Source: Blastocladiella emersonii ATCC 22665
Lineage: Eukaryota; Fungi; Blastocladiomycota
NCBI GenBank assembly: GCA_025594325.1
Contig: JANHCV010000005.1
Span: forward strand, 1,302,001 to 1,366,000
Reading direction: 5' to 3'
DNA length: 64,000 bases
The translations under genes and the position numbers were made by a program. Below are positions 37,060 through 46,444 of the stretch, in pieces. Under the pieces are notes generated by a model. It had not been told where the DNA came from. It saw only the letters and a program-made list of their open reading frames with translations, and did not search any database. Within the stretch, counting starts at the first letter, position 1; each line of letters begins with the position of its first letter.

Positions 37060-37303
37060 GACTCTGTCTCCCTCCAGCTCCCTTGCTCATGCACGCGCAG
37101 ACCCGGTACACGAAGCGTGGTTTTGGATGATGGCCGTCGCGGTGGCGAGTCGCGACCGCACACGTGAGCGCTGGCGTTGGTGAGAGCCCTGGACCCGCTG
37201 GCGGAACGAGAGCAAGGCAGAACGGGATCACCAGCGCAATAATGTCATCCGAATTGATGGCGCAGACCTCGATCAGCCGCGTGGCAGGATCGGCGACGCG
37301 CAC
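37060..37303 (-). pseudogene. DUF4470 paralog D, short C-terminal remnant
   Basis: VADPATRLIEVCAINSDDIIALVIPFCLALVPPAGPGLSPTPALTCAVA aligns with AADPKIQLIEL...LLLPVGPGLAPTPAVECLA (C) and AANPTTRLIEV...PPAGPGIEPIPTLKCAIA (B). Confidence 0.75.
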
Positions 37304-37423
37304 GCCGCGCAGGTTTCCGCGGCGACCTCGTCGCCCGCTGGAACCAGCTTACCTGCATCGTTGCGCAAATTAAGTTTTTATAAGGTATTAGTTGCCGCGC
37401 TGCCACTACAGTACACACCCCGC

Positions 37424-40400
37424 CTACTCCGTCATGGGCTCCGACTTGACTGGCGCCCGCTGCACCGTCCCGCTACCGCCGCCCGGCGCCTTGGCCACCG
37501 GCTGCCCGTCGCGCGACTTGCGCTGGCTGACGGACGACGACCGGCTGTTGCGGGGCGAGTGGGCAAAGCTCTCGTTGATGGCCTTGATCCAGTTATCGGC
37601 ATCGGCCGCGGACGCCGTCTGCACGAGGTACGCTCGCGCGCCGAGCGTCAGCATAAAGCAGCCGTCGAGGCGGTCGTGCAGCGAGCCCGTCAGCGGCTCG
37701 GCGAAGATGTCGGTCGTGTACGTCGTGCCGATCTAAGAGTTTGGGGGTTGGTGATTGAGTGGGCGGGAGGGATGTTGGTGGTGTGAAGAAAGCGCGTACC
37801 CCCTTGCCGTCCTCGACGACCTGGAGCGACGCGCGTGGCGAGGCCATGAGCACGAACGAGACGGGGAGCCACTGGCGGAACAGGCCGCCGACCTTGCGGA
37901 TCGCGATGCCGTCGGCCACCTTGACAGCCTGCACGTCGAGCACGCGCGCGGTCGTCAGTCGCCCAGCCTCTCGAACTAGCACACGCGTAACAAACGTACC
38001 GCCGTGAGCGGCGCGCTACTGTTTGTACTAGCCGCGGTCGCGTCGTGAGGCAGGGCCGCCGTCTTGTTGCTGGCGGTGCGGTTGAGCACGAAGCTGGTGA
38101 CCGTGGACGCGCCGTTGACCGTCTTGCCGTTGCCGTTGTTCTGGGCGTGCAGGTCGACGGAGCCGTCCATGGACCGCAGCGTGATGGCCTCGACGATCGG
38201 GCGCACGACCATGAGCCCGCACACGCCGTACAGGGCGAAGAGGATCATGAGGCACTTGATGATGAACTGGGCCTACACTCGCACACAGCGTCAGATCGGG
38301 CTCGCGAGCGCAGCATACGAGGCAAAGCGTACCCGGAAGTTGATGGGCAAGTAGACCACGGGCAGGACGACGATGGCCGTGAACATGATCAGGTACGACG
38401 CGAGCGCGATATACTTTGCCTCGTTGAACGCGGACGCGACGTGGCGGACCTTGTAGCTGAGCCAGCACGCACCGGCGAGCATCACGACGTGGTACGCGTA
38501 CAGGACGGCCATCGTGGCCGACGCCGCGGCGCCGTACCGGACGAAATCCATGCCGCACGTCCACGTGTAGGTCGTGAGCGAGACGCTGGTCGTCTCGACC
38601 TGCGGGTGGCCGAGCTCGCTCCACAGGACCTGCAGGATGATATCGCCAATCGACAGCACGACGACGGCCATGAGGAGGCGCCGGTTAGACATGCTCTTGG
38701 CCTGCATGCGCTTGTTGCCGAAGATGGCGTAGATGCGGCTCGTCTTGGCCAGCGTGCTCGCGAGGATGATGGTGACGCCGATCGAGAGCAGGCGGATGCG
38801 CGCGATGCAGATCGACGTCGACGCGGGGATGGTCTCGAGGATCACGCCGATGCAGACCAGGCACACGCCGAACAGGATCACGCCGATGAAGACGGGCGAC
38901 TGCGCGCGCAGGCTCGGCTCCGACTTGAGCCGGAACAGCATCGTGGCCAGCATGGCGGACCCGATGAGCAGGATGGCGCACCCGACGAGGACGATCACCG
39001 AGAGCGCGTCCGAGACCTCGAGCTGGTCCAGGTAGCGAACTAAGAGAGCGGACGTGCGAGTGAGTGAAGGGTGCTCGGGCTCCGTTCGAGCATCGAGAAC
39101 GTACTGTATCCTGCGGGCGGGAGCGGCACCCACGACGCCCACTGGTTGCTGTTCGCCTGGATCCACGCGCACGCCGTGTCGGTGGTGCTGCCCGACTCGT
39201 AGAACCCGCGCAGGAGCGCGTTCATGTCCGTGTCGCGCAGTGTGAGGGCCGTGAGGAATGTCGAGACGTGGGGCGCCGAGTTGCGGACCGACGCGCTGAC
39301 GATCTTCATGAGCAGCTCGACGGTCCAGTCGCACGTCAGGTAGTTGTCGGCGGCGCCGACCTTGGTCGAGCTGAACTGGCCGTAGCACTCGCTGCGGAAC
39401 TGCGGCAGGTTGACCATGGAGAAGTTGTACACGGACGGCAGGATCTCCGGCGTCCAGTAATAGAAAAGGCAGCCGGTCGCGCCCTGGCGCGCGCACGCCG
39501 CGACCTTGGTCTCGAAGGCCGGGCCGAGGTATACGACGACGAGTTTCAGGCCGAGCGTCACGATGCGCTGCTCGACCTCGCCCTGCGAGTAGCCCGGGTC
39601 GACGTGCTACACGTGGCAATAGTCAGTCGTCGGCGGTCTTCAGCATATCGAGGCAGAAAGCGTACCCAAAACTCCTTGCAGGTCGACATGAGCGCGCCCT
39701 GGCACTGCGGCGGGACGAACATGCCGTTGGTGCAGAACGGGTAGGTGGCCGTGTCGCACAGGAAAGAGCCGTCGGCGTTGCGCACGGCGGGCGTGGATCC
39801 CGCGGCCGGGAAGTAGGCGAGGACGGCCGGGTTGGTGAAGGACCGCCACGAGTCGAAGATGAGCTGCGGCTGGGCCTCAGTCAACGCCGAGTTGACGTAC
39901 CACGCGATCTTGCCCGTGTAGCCCGTCATGCCGCCTACACGTTGCGGGAGTGAGCGAGGTGGGTCGAGAATCGACGCGTCCTGTCGCGACGCGTACCGTC
40001 AATCACGACGCCCTGGCGCACGACGTAGTCGGTGTAGAGGGCGACCTTGCTGCTGGGCCAGATCTCGAGGCTGGCGTTGGTGGCGCCCTCGGAGATGCGC
40101 TTGTAGGCCTTGCCGGCGCCGCCGTACTCGACCATCTTGACGTCGACGCCCATGACGTCGCGCAGCAGCATGCCCGCGACGTAAGTCGTAAGGTTCGAAC
40201 TACACGGTCGGTCGGGTGTGAGTACTCGCTGGAACACGCGCGCGCGTCGAGAGTGCGTACCTGGCCCAGCCATTGATCTCGAGCGTGACCGAGGCGGCGG
40301 GCTGCTGCAGGAACTTGGACGTGTCGGTGAGGTTCTCGGGCTTCATCCAGCCGTACTTGCGGGCCTGCTCAGTGGACAGGCAGCGCGGCAGGGCGCGGGC

Positions 40401-40490
40401 GACCTGCGCGGTAGCGAGCGTCGCGGTCGCGCACAGGATGGCGGCGACGAGCGCGGCGGCGGCGAGCGCGCCGAGTCGGGTCGGCGGCAT
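37424..40490 (-). CDS. Chimeric receptor: signal peptide, OpuAC-like solute-binding domain, class C GPCR 7TM, PH-like domain; exons 40490-40261, 40199-39997, 39934-39666, 39606-39105, 39039-38333, 38272-38029, 37975-37800, 37732-37424
   Basis: Seven GT-AG introns splice into one frame. Ectodomain: GWASSNLTTYVAGMLLRDVMG, ASLEIW, FYYWTPE, ACAWIQAN..QWASW. 7TM: LRAQSPVF, LAKTSRIYAIF, YKVRHVASAFNEAKYI. Tail: AYLVQTASAADADNWIKAIN. Confidence 0.8.
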
Positions 40491-40809
40491 CTCGGGTGGT
40501 GCGGTGTGGTGGAGGTTGCCCTCGTTCGCGTTCGAGAGATCTAGACGGTGGTCCTGGTGCAGATATACTTGGCCTGGATCACGGACGGAGTAGGCGCAAG
40601 GAGAGCAGAAGCAGACGCGCGTCAAGGCGGTCGACATTTAGGGGGTGGGCGGATTTTTCCGTCTGTGGGACGGACGCGTATCGCGCGCATTTTAGCCTTG
40701 CCATGGACACGACGCGTGCCCACCTGCGATCGCGATTGGGCCTGAGAATCTGGCCACGGATGCGCCACGATAGCCCGACTTCCGCTCGGCGCACGGGGAC
40801 AAGGTGGGA

Positions 40810-40830
40810 GACGCGTCGCGTAATCGCGTG
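40810..40830 (+). promoter_or_regulatory. Variant composite element GACGCG-N7-ATCGCGTG in the divergent GPCR/SH3-gene promoter
   Basis: Same 7-nt spacing as the other five copies; followed by TCAGGTGAC at 40834. Confidence 0.35.
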
Positions 40831-41023
40831 CGCTCAGGTGACGCCCGATTCGGACCGTTTCCACTTCGCAGCGGCGCGAGGAAAGTGCGGCGGCGCCTCG
40901 TTTCGCTTCGGCGCCATCCACTCCTCTCACCCTTGACTCTCGCCCTCGACTCTCAGGGTTATCCCATCCGCACTCTCTGCAACGCATCGACCTACTCCCA
41001 ATACCCCCGATCCGGCGACCAGC

Positions 41024-42910
41024 ATGAGCTCCGCGCAGCCCGAGGGCGCGCTCAACGTCATCCTGGCGTGTGCCGGGGTGCTGGGCGTGGTGCTGCTCAT
41101 GTACCTGGTGAAGCGGTGGCTCGACACGCGCGCGCACTCGGCCAAGTCCGCGACCGAACCGTTCCGGCAGGACGCCGAGGCCCCGCCCGTCCCGCCGGTC
41201 CCGCGTCACATCATGCGCAGCTCGTCGGCCATCATCTCGACGCACGCGACGCACGCGGCGATCGAGGCCATGGAGCGCGCGTCCGCCGCCAACGCGCGCG
41301 CCTCGACGCCCGCGCTGCGGTCCGCGCACCTGCGTGGCAACCCGAACGCGCCGCCCGAGCCGACGCTCGTGCGCAAGGAGGACCGCGAGCTCACGCTCAA
41401 GAAGGCCGCCGAGCGCGTGATTGCCGAGAAGAGGGCCGCGGCTGAAGCGGCCGCCGCCGCCGCCAAGGGCAAGAGCGCCGCGGCTGCGGCCAAGAAGCGC
41501 CGGTCGTCCGGGTCCGTCAACTTCCACGCGATCGGGATCCCGATGACGGGCAACGCGCTCGACGTGCAGGACATGACCAACCGCCACAACGAGCGCGTCA
41601 AGGCCCACCAGGAGCGCGTCGAGCGCCGCGCTGCCGCGAAGGCCGCGCGCGATGCCGCCGAGGCCGCCGAGCGTAAAGAAAAGGCCATGGCGCCCGTCAC
41701 GCCGACGCTCGTCCGCGAGCCGCCGCCGCGCGCCGAGTGGGCGTCGCTCCTGCCGTCGGTCGTCGAGTCGGTCCTGCAGTCGCGCGCCGAGCACCACCAT
41801 GGTGGATTCCCCGGCGCGCCAGCTGGACCCGGCACGCCGCTCAGCGAGACGGGCTCGTCGGTCATCTCCGTCGACTCGGCCATGCACCTGACCGCGTCCG
41901 CCGTCGCGTCGCTGTCCCCGATCGCCGAGGAGCCCCGCTCGCCCGCCGCTCTCGAAAGCCCGACCGAGCCCGAGTTTGCCGTCAAGATCACCAACCCGAC
42001 GCCGCCGCTCAGCCGGCACCACTCGCTGGACGAGTCGGCTTTCGCGACCGCCTCGGGTTCCGTCACGTCGTCGGGCGCCTCGAGCCCGTCGCTCACGCCC
42101 TCGGCCTCGTCGTCCGCGCTCTCCTCGTCGTCCGACGTGAAGCCGCCCGCGGCGATCGCCCTGACGCGGATCCAGTCCACCGACTCGACGGCCTCCTTTT
42201 CGTCCACGTCCTCGGCCGCATCGTCGTCGTCCGCGTCGCGCAAGGTCCCGGGCCGCATCCCGCTCAGCCCGCGGCACGACGCGACGGCCGCGATCCCGAC
42301 CAGCCCGCTCGCGCGGTCGACGTTCACGCTCGACAACGACGATGCGTCGTCGACCACGTCGACCGCCATCTCGACCGCCGCTGCTCCCGCACCCGCTGCC
42401 GGCTCGGGCCTGTCGCGGTCCACGAGCTCGGTCGGCACCCGCCCAACCCCGACCCCTCCTCCCGCATCCGCCGCCGCCGCGCGGCTCAACCGAACCTCCC
42501 GCTCCGGCGCAGCACCGCGCTTCCTCGAACGCATCGCGTCGTCGGGCACCATCGTCCTCCCTTCGTCCCTGGCCGCAAAAGCACAAGACCTGGCCAACCG
42601 GCGTGCCGCGGCCCGTGCGGCCGCGGCCTCGGGCGGTTCCCCCGACCTCGATCCGCGCGAGACGACACTGGTGCGCGGGGCGCAGTACCTGGCGGTGGCG
42701 GCGTACCTGGCGCGGCGCGACGACGAGGTGTCGGTGATGCGCGGCGACCGCGTCACGGTCGAGCGCATGTTCGCGGACGCGTGGTGTCTCGGCGTCAACA
42801 AGGATCTCGAGGGGATGCGCGGCGTGTTCCCGCGGTACGTCGTTGAGGAGGTGCCCGACGAGGGGGCCGCAGCGGCGGCGGTGGGTGGGGAGGGGGCAGC
42901 GGCAGCGTAG
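41024..42910 (+). CDS. Single-pass membrane protein with a low-complexity cytosolic region and C-terminal SH3 domain
   Basis: N-terminal TM VILACAGVLGVVLLMYLVKRW; SH3 YLAVAAYLARRDDEVSVMRGDRVTV...DAWCLGVN...RGVFPRYVVE. Confidence 0.85.
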   Translation: MSSAQPEGALNVILACAGVLGVVLLMYLVKRWLDTRAHSAKSATEPFRQDAEAPPVPPVPRHIMRSSSAIISTHATHAAIEAMERASAANARASTPALRSAHLRGNPNAPPEPTLVRKEDRELTLKKAAERVIAEKRAAAEAAAAAAKGKSAAAAAKKRRSSGSVNFHAIGIPMTGNALDVQDMTNRHNERVKAHQERVERRAAAKAARDAAEAAERKEKAMAPVTPTLVREPPPRAEWASLLPSVVESVLQSRAEHHHGGFPGAPAGPGTPLSETGSSVISVDSAMHLTASAVASLSPIAEEPRSPAALESPTEPEFAVKITNPTPPLSRHHSLDESAFATASGSVTSSGASSPSLTPSASSSALSSSSDVKPPAAIALTRIQSTDSTASFSSTSSAASSSSASRKVPGRIPLSPRHDATAAIPTSPLARSTFTLDNDDASSTTSTAISTAAAPAPAAGSGLSRSTSSVGTRPTPTPPPASAAAARLNRTSRSGAAPRFLERIASSGTIVLPSSLAAKAQDLANRRAAARAAAASGGSPDLDPRETTLVRGAQYLAVAAYLARRDDEVSVMRGDRVTVERMFADAWCLGVNKDLEGMRGVFPRYVVEEVPDEGAAAAAVGGEGAAAA

Positions 42911-43065
42911 CACGGCCCCAGAGTACGACAGAAGCGTCGGTTTTGTGTGTGTACAGCATAGACAACAGTTTTGATCACCATCGCGCGGGCGCAACGAGAG
43001 TTTCGCGACAAGACGTCGGAGGCAACGAGAAAAGGTGGACGGCGAGGACTGCGTGGCCAAAAGAT

Positions 43066-43137
43066 TGCCGCCTGGGAGGATCGAACACCCGGCCTTTGCT
43101 TTACGAGAGCAACGCTCTGCCACTGAGCTAAGGCGGC
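43066..43137 (-). tRNA. tRNA-Thr (anticodon CGU), intronless, 72 nt
   Basis: Reverse complement folds as a cloverleaf: acceptor GCCGCCT/AGGCGGC + A73, D-arm GCTC/GAGC, anticodon stem TTGCT/AGCAA with loop CTCGTAA, T-loop TTCGATC. Confidence 0.95.
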
Positions 43138-43964
43138 TAGCTTGCGCTGACGATCGCCGCTGCCCGCAGACGTTACATATACTTTTCTCTCGACGGGCGG
43201 CCCGTCGAGTCGCCCTCCGAGAGAGTCCCTCGAGCGAGTTTCCGCCGAGCACTTCGAACGCGATGCCACCCAGCCCGCCGCGGTCTGGCGTGACGCACAA
43301 GTTCACCGAGGGGATGGTCGCGCTCCGCATCGCTGCCAGGGCTATCGTGGCGGTACGTTGCACCATGTGTCGGCGTTCTTCCATCGATGTCGTATGGCCG
43401 GAGCAGATCGCGTGTGTGCGGGGAGAAGTCGGGCGGCGGAGGCGCGTCGCGCGACGCGTCGCCGATCTCCCACGTGGGCACAGGGCGCGGGTGTCGCCGT
43501 GTCTCCAGATGTCTCCCGCTGCGTCTCGCGTCTCCCGATCCTCTTATGATACGCGCTCGCAAGCATACGATCCAAGCTGACAGGGCGATCGCGATTGACC
43601 CGGTTAGGTTGTGGCCGCCATGTCCCTGCCGCCGAAGCTGATCGGTTGGCCGTGCTTCACAGCGGCAGTCCGCCAGCCATCCACTTCGACGCTGTCGTGC
43701 TCTAGTCAGGCGGACTAGGTTGGGGCACGGCAGTGTATCACGTCGCTATCTCGTACCCGCGAGTCAGCTTCGGCCCGTGTCGGGTCCGCTGCGCAGACGC
43801 TGCGGCAGCCGCGTCCCTGTGCAGCCGGCCGCAGCTCCCTCGTCCACACCTCTAGACCCTCTTCAAGTTGAAGCACCAACGATAGACTAGCTGCAATGTA
43901 TCTATACCTCGTCGCCCCGCCCCCGTCAACCGCGAGACCCACAACCTGACCCATCACGCTTAGC

Positions 43965-44830
43965 ATGGCCGTGTACCCGCTCATCTTCAGCGATTTCGAC
44001 GGGACCATCTCGACGCGCGACACGGGCACGGTGCTCATCGACGCGTGCATGGGCAAGGCGCGGCGCACGGCGCTCGACAAGCAGATCATCAAGGGGACGC
44101 GGTCGTTCCGCGACGCCGTGGCCGAGATGTGGGCGTCGGTCGATTTGACGGTCGACGCGGCCATGGAGTTGCTCAAGGGTGCGCCTGCTTGCTCGAGTTG
44201 CATGCCGGGTAAGATCTGACCGAATCGGCGCCGTAGACGTGAAGCTCGACGCGGCGTTCGCGCCGTTCCTCGAGTTCTGCGACGCCAAGGCGATCCCCGT
44301 CACGGTGCTGAGCAGGTAGGTCGCCCCGGGACCAACGCCATCGAGCTCCGACCTGACACGACAACTGTAGCGGCCTCGACATGCTCGTGAAGCCGATGCT
44401 CGCGCGGCACCTGGGCGAGCGCGCCGCGACGCTGCGCACCGTGGTCAACCGCGGCGGCGTCTCGCCCGCCGACGGCCGCTGGACCATCGAGTACCTCGAC
44501 GACACGTACGCCCTCCCTCACCCACTCACCATCTCCCTCCTCCCGCCTAACCCCTCACCCGCGCGCGCGTGTAGCCCGCACGGCCACGACAAAGCGGCCT
44601 CGATCCGCTCCCTGACCCAGACCCTGACCCCGCCCGGCGCGACGCCGCTGGTCATCTTCATCGGCGACGGCGTGTCGGACATCCCGGGCGCGCGCGCGAG
44701 CGACCGGCTGTACGCGCGGCGCGGGCTCGACCTCGAGCGGTACTGCGTCGCAAACGGCATCGCGCACGTCGCGTTCGACTCGTTCGAGACGATTCTCGAG
44801 GATCTCCGCGCGCTCGTCGAGATGCACTGA
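43965..44830 (+). CDS. HAD-superfamily phosphatase, MtnX/YNL010W-like; exons 43965-44178, 44237-44315, 44371-44505, 44575-44830
   Basis: Motif I IFSDFDGTIST.DTG, motif II VTVLSSGL, HGHDKA, motif IV IFIGDGVSD; three introns restore the frame. Confidence 0.9.
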
Positions 44831-45147
44831 ACTGCAATACGTGATGCCATAAATAGAGCGGTAGGAAGCAGGGAGAGGCGAGAGGGCGAGGCGCCACACT
44901 CGGTCGGCGGCCGCGCGCCGCAGCGCGCTTCCTTGGCGTCGTCCTTGAAGCCCCGCTTCCTCTCTCTCCCCCTGCGCTCCTCGCGAGTCTACACGTAGCA
45001 AACGAATCTTAGTTGAAGCTGAACGGGAACCGGCTGGCCCGCTGCACGCGACTCTGTGCAGCCCGCCGTCGCCAGCGAGAACGACGCCAACACAACAACC
45101 CTCACCAACGAGCCCGCCGCGCTTCGCCACCCTCCACCCCCTCATAC

Positions 45148-46212
45148 ATGCACTCGAGCCTCTCCTCCAGCGTGCCGACGGGCACCGGCCCGTACCGCCC
45201 CCCTCCCGCCCAACAACCCCCGGCGCAGCAGCAACAGCAGCAATGGTGGCCGCCGGCACCCGCGGGCCCGACGCCGCCGACGGCGCCGAAGCGCAGTTCG
45301 TCGATGCGCTCGACGCGCGGCGCCGGGTCCGCGTTCGACGCGATGCCCCCGCAGCCGTCGGTCCCCGGCCAGTACGCCGGCATGTCGAGCGCGTCGCACG
45401 ATGCGCGGTCGCGCGCGCTCGCGGCCATGGGCGGGACGTTGCCGCACGAGCAACACGGGCGCGAGGATGACGATGAAGATGGACGCGGGTTCGTCAACCC
45501 GCGCGCGCCGCCGTCCGACTTCCCGACGATTGCGCGGCACCTGTCGCTCCCGCGCACGGGCAGCGGTGCGCCGCCCGCGCCACAGCCGCACCAGCAGCAC
45601 CAGGCCCCGCAACCACCCCAAATGTCGCCCGAGGACGCGCGCGCGGCGCAGGCGGACGCGCACATCCAGAACGGGATCAAGCTACACGAGCGCCTCGAGT
45701 TAACCGCGTCGACGGCCGAGTTCGAGCGTGCGGCCTCGCTCGGCAACCCGACGGGCATGTACCTGTTCGGGATGGCGCTGCGCAGCGGGTGGGGCGTAGA
45801 GCGGGACGAGGCGCGGTCGTTCGTGTACCTGAGCCGCGCGGCCGACCTGGCGATGCGGCAGGCGCAGCAGACCAACGGCGGGGGCGTGAGCCGGGCGGAT
45901 GCGGCGGCGCGCGAGCTGACGCTGGCGATCTACGAGCTCGGCCAGTCGTTCCGCAACGGGTGGGGCGTCAAGCGCGACCGGCGGACCGGCGCCTTCTACC
46001 TGCAGATCGCGGCGAACCTCGGCGACCCGGACGCCCAGGTCGATGTCGCGACGTGCTACCTCAACGGCGACGGCGTCAAGCGCGACAAGCACCTCGCCGC
46101 AAAGTACTTCCGCCTCGCCTACAACGCGGGCATCGACTTCCCCGGCAACTCGTGGATCTGGAAGGCCAAGTACGACGGGACCGGCGTCGCCAAGAAGCAC
46201 CGCGGACCATGA
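45148..46212 (+). CDS. Sel1-repeat protein (Dsf2/Nif1-like)
   Basis: Repeats GMYLFGMALRSGWGVERD, AIYELGQSFRNGWGVKRD, DAQVDVATCYLNGDGVKRD..LAAKYFRLA, ending GNSWIWKAKY; likely start ATG 45148. Confidence 0.85.
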   Translation: MHSSLSSSVPTGTGPYRPPPAQQPPAQQQQQQWWPPAPAGPTPPTAPKRSSSMRSTRGAGSAFDAMPPQPSVPGQYAGMSSASHDARSRALAAMGGTLPHEQHGREDDDEDGRGFVNPRAPPSDFPTIARHLSLPRTGSGAPPAPQPHQQHQAPQPPQMSPEDARAAQADAHIQNGIKLHERLELTASTAEFERAASLGNPTGMYLFGMALRSGWGVERDEARSFVYLSRAADLAMRQAQQTNGGGVSRADAAARELTLAIYELGQSFRNGWGVKRDRRTGAFYLQIAANLGDPDAQVDVATCYLNGDGVKRDKHLAAKYFRLAYNAGIDFPGNSWIWKAKYDGTGVAKKHRGP

Positions 46213-46444
46213 TCATAGATTTGCTTTCTCTCGTTCACTCGCGTCGCATAGTCGTGGTTGGGAGAACCGTGTAGTAGGGAGAAAACTTTGAGGTAGTGAT
46301 GAGGAAGAAACGAAAAACACCAAACAGATTCACGCCAGGGTAGGGAGGGTAGAGAGGAGGGATGCGACACACTCGTGGTCGACGTGCTCGCCGACAGCAA
46401 AGGAACGGACACAAAACCGTAACTCGCTCGTAGAGCGTCAGTCA

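Noticed and set aside
26957-37303. RIP-like hypermutation of the duplicated genes
   Set aside because: Only three nonsense codons over about 10 kb, a 988-codon frame remains open, and no strong TpA excess is visible by eye; RIP indices would need computing.
40622-43384. 920-aa and 687-aa minus-strand ORFs over the SH3 gene and tRNA
   Set aside because: Shadow frames; the plus-strand frame has a clear TM and SH3 domain, and the tRNA occupies part of the span.
43140-43960. ORFs and short hairpins between the tRNA and the HAD gene
   Set aside because: No coding signal or family motif; the hairpin CTAGTC-N5-GACTAG is too short to be significant.
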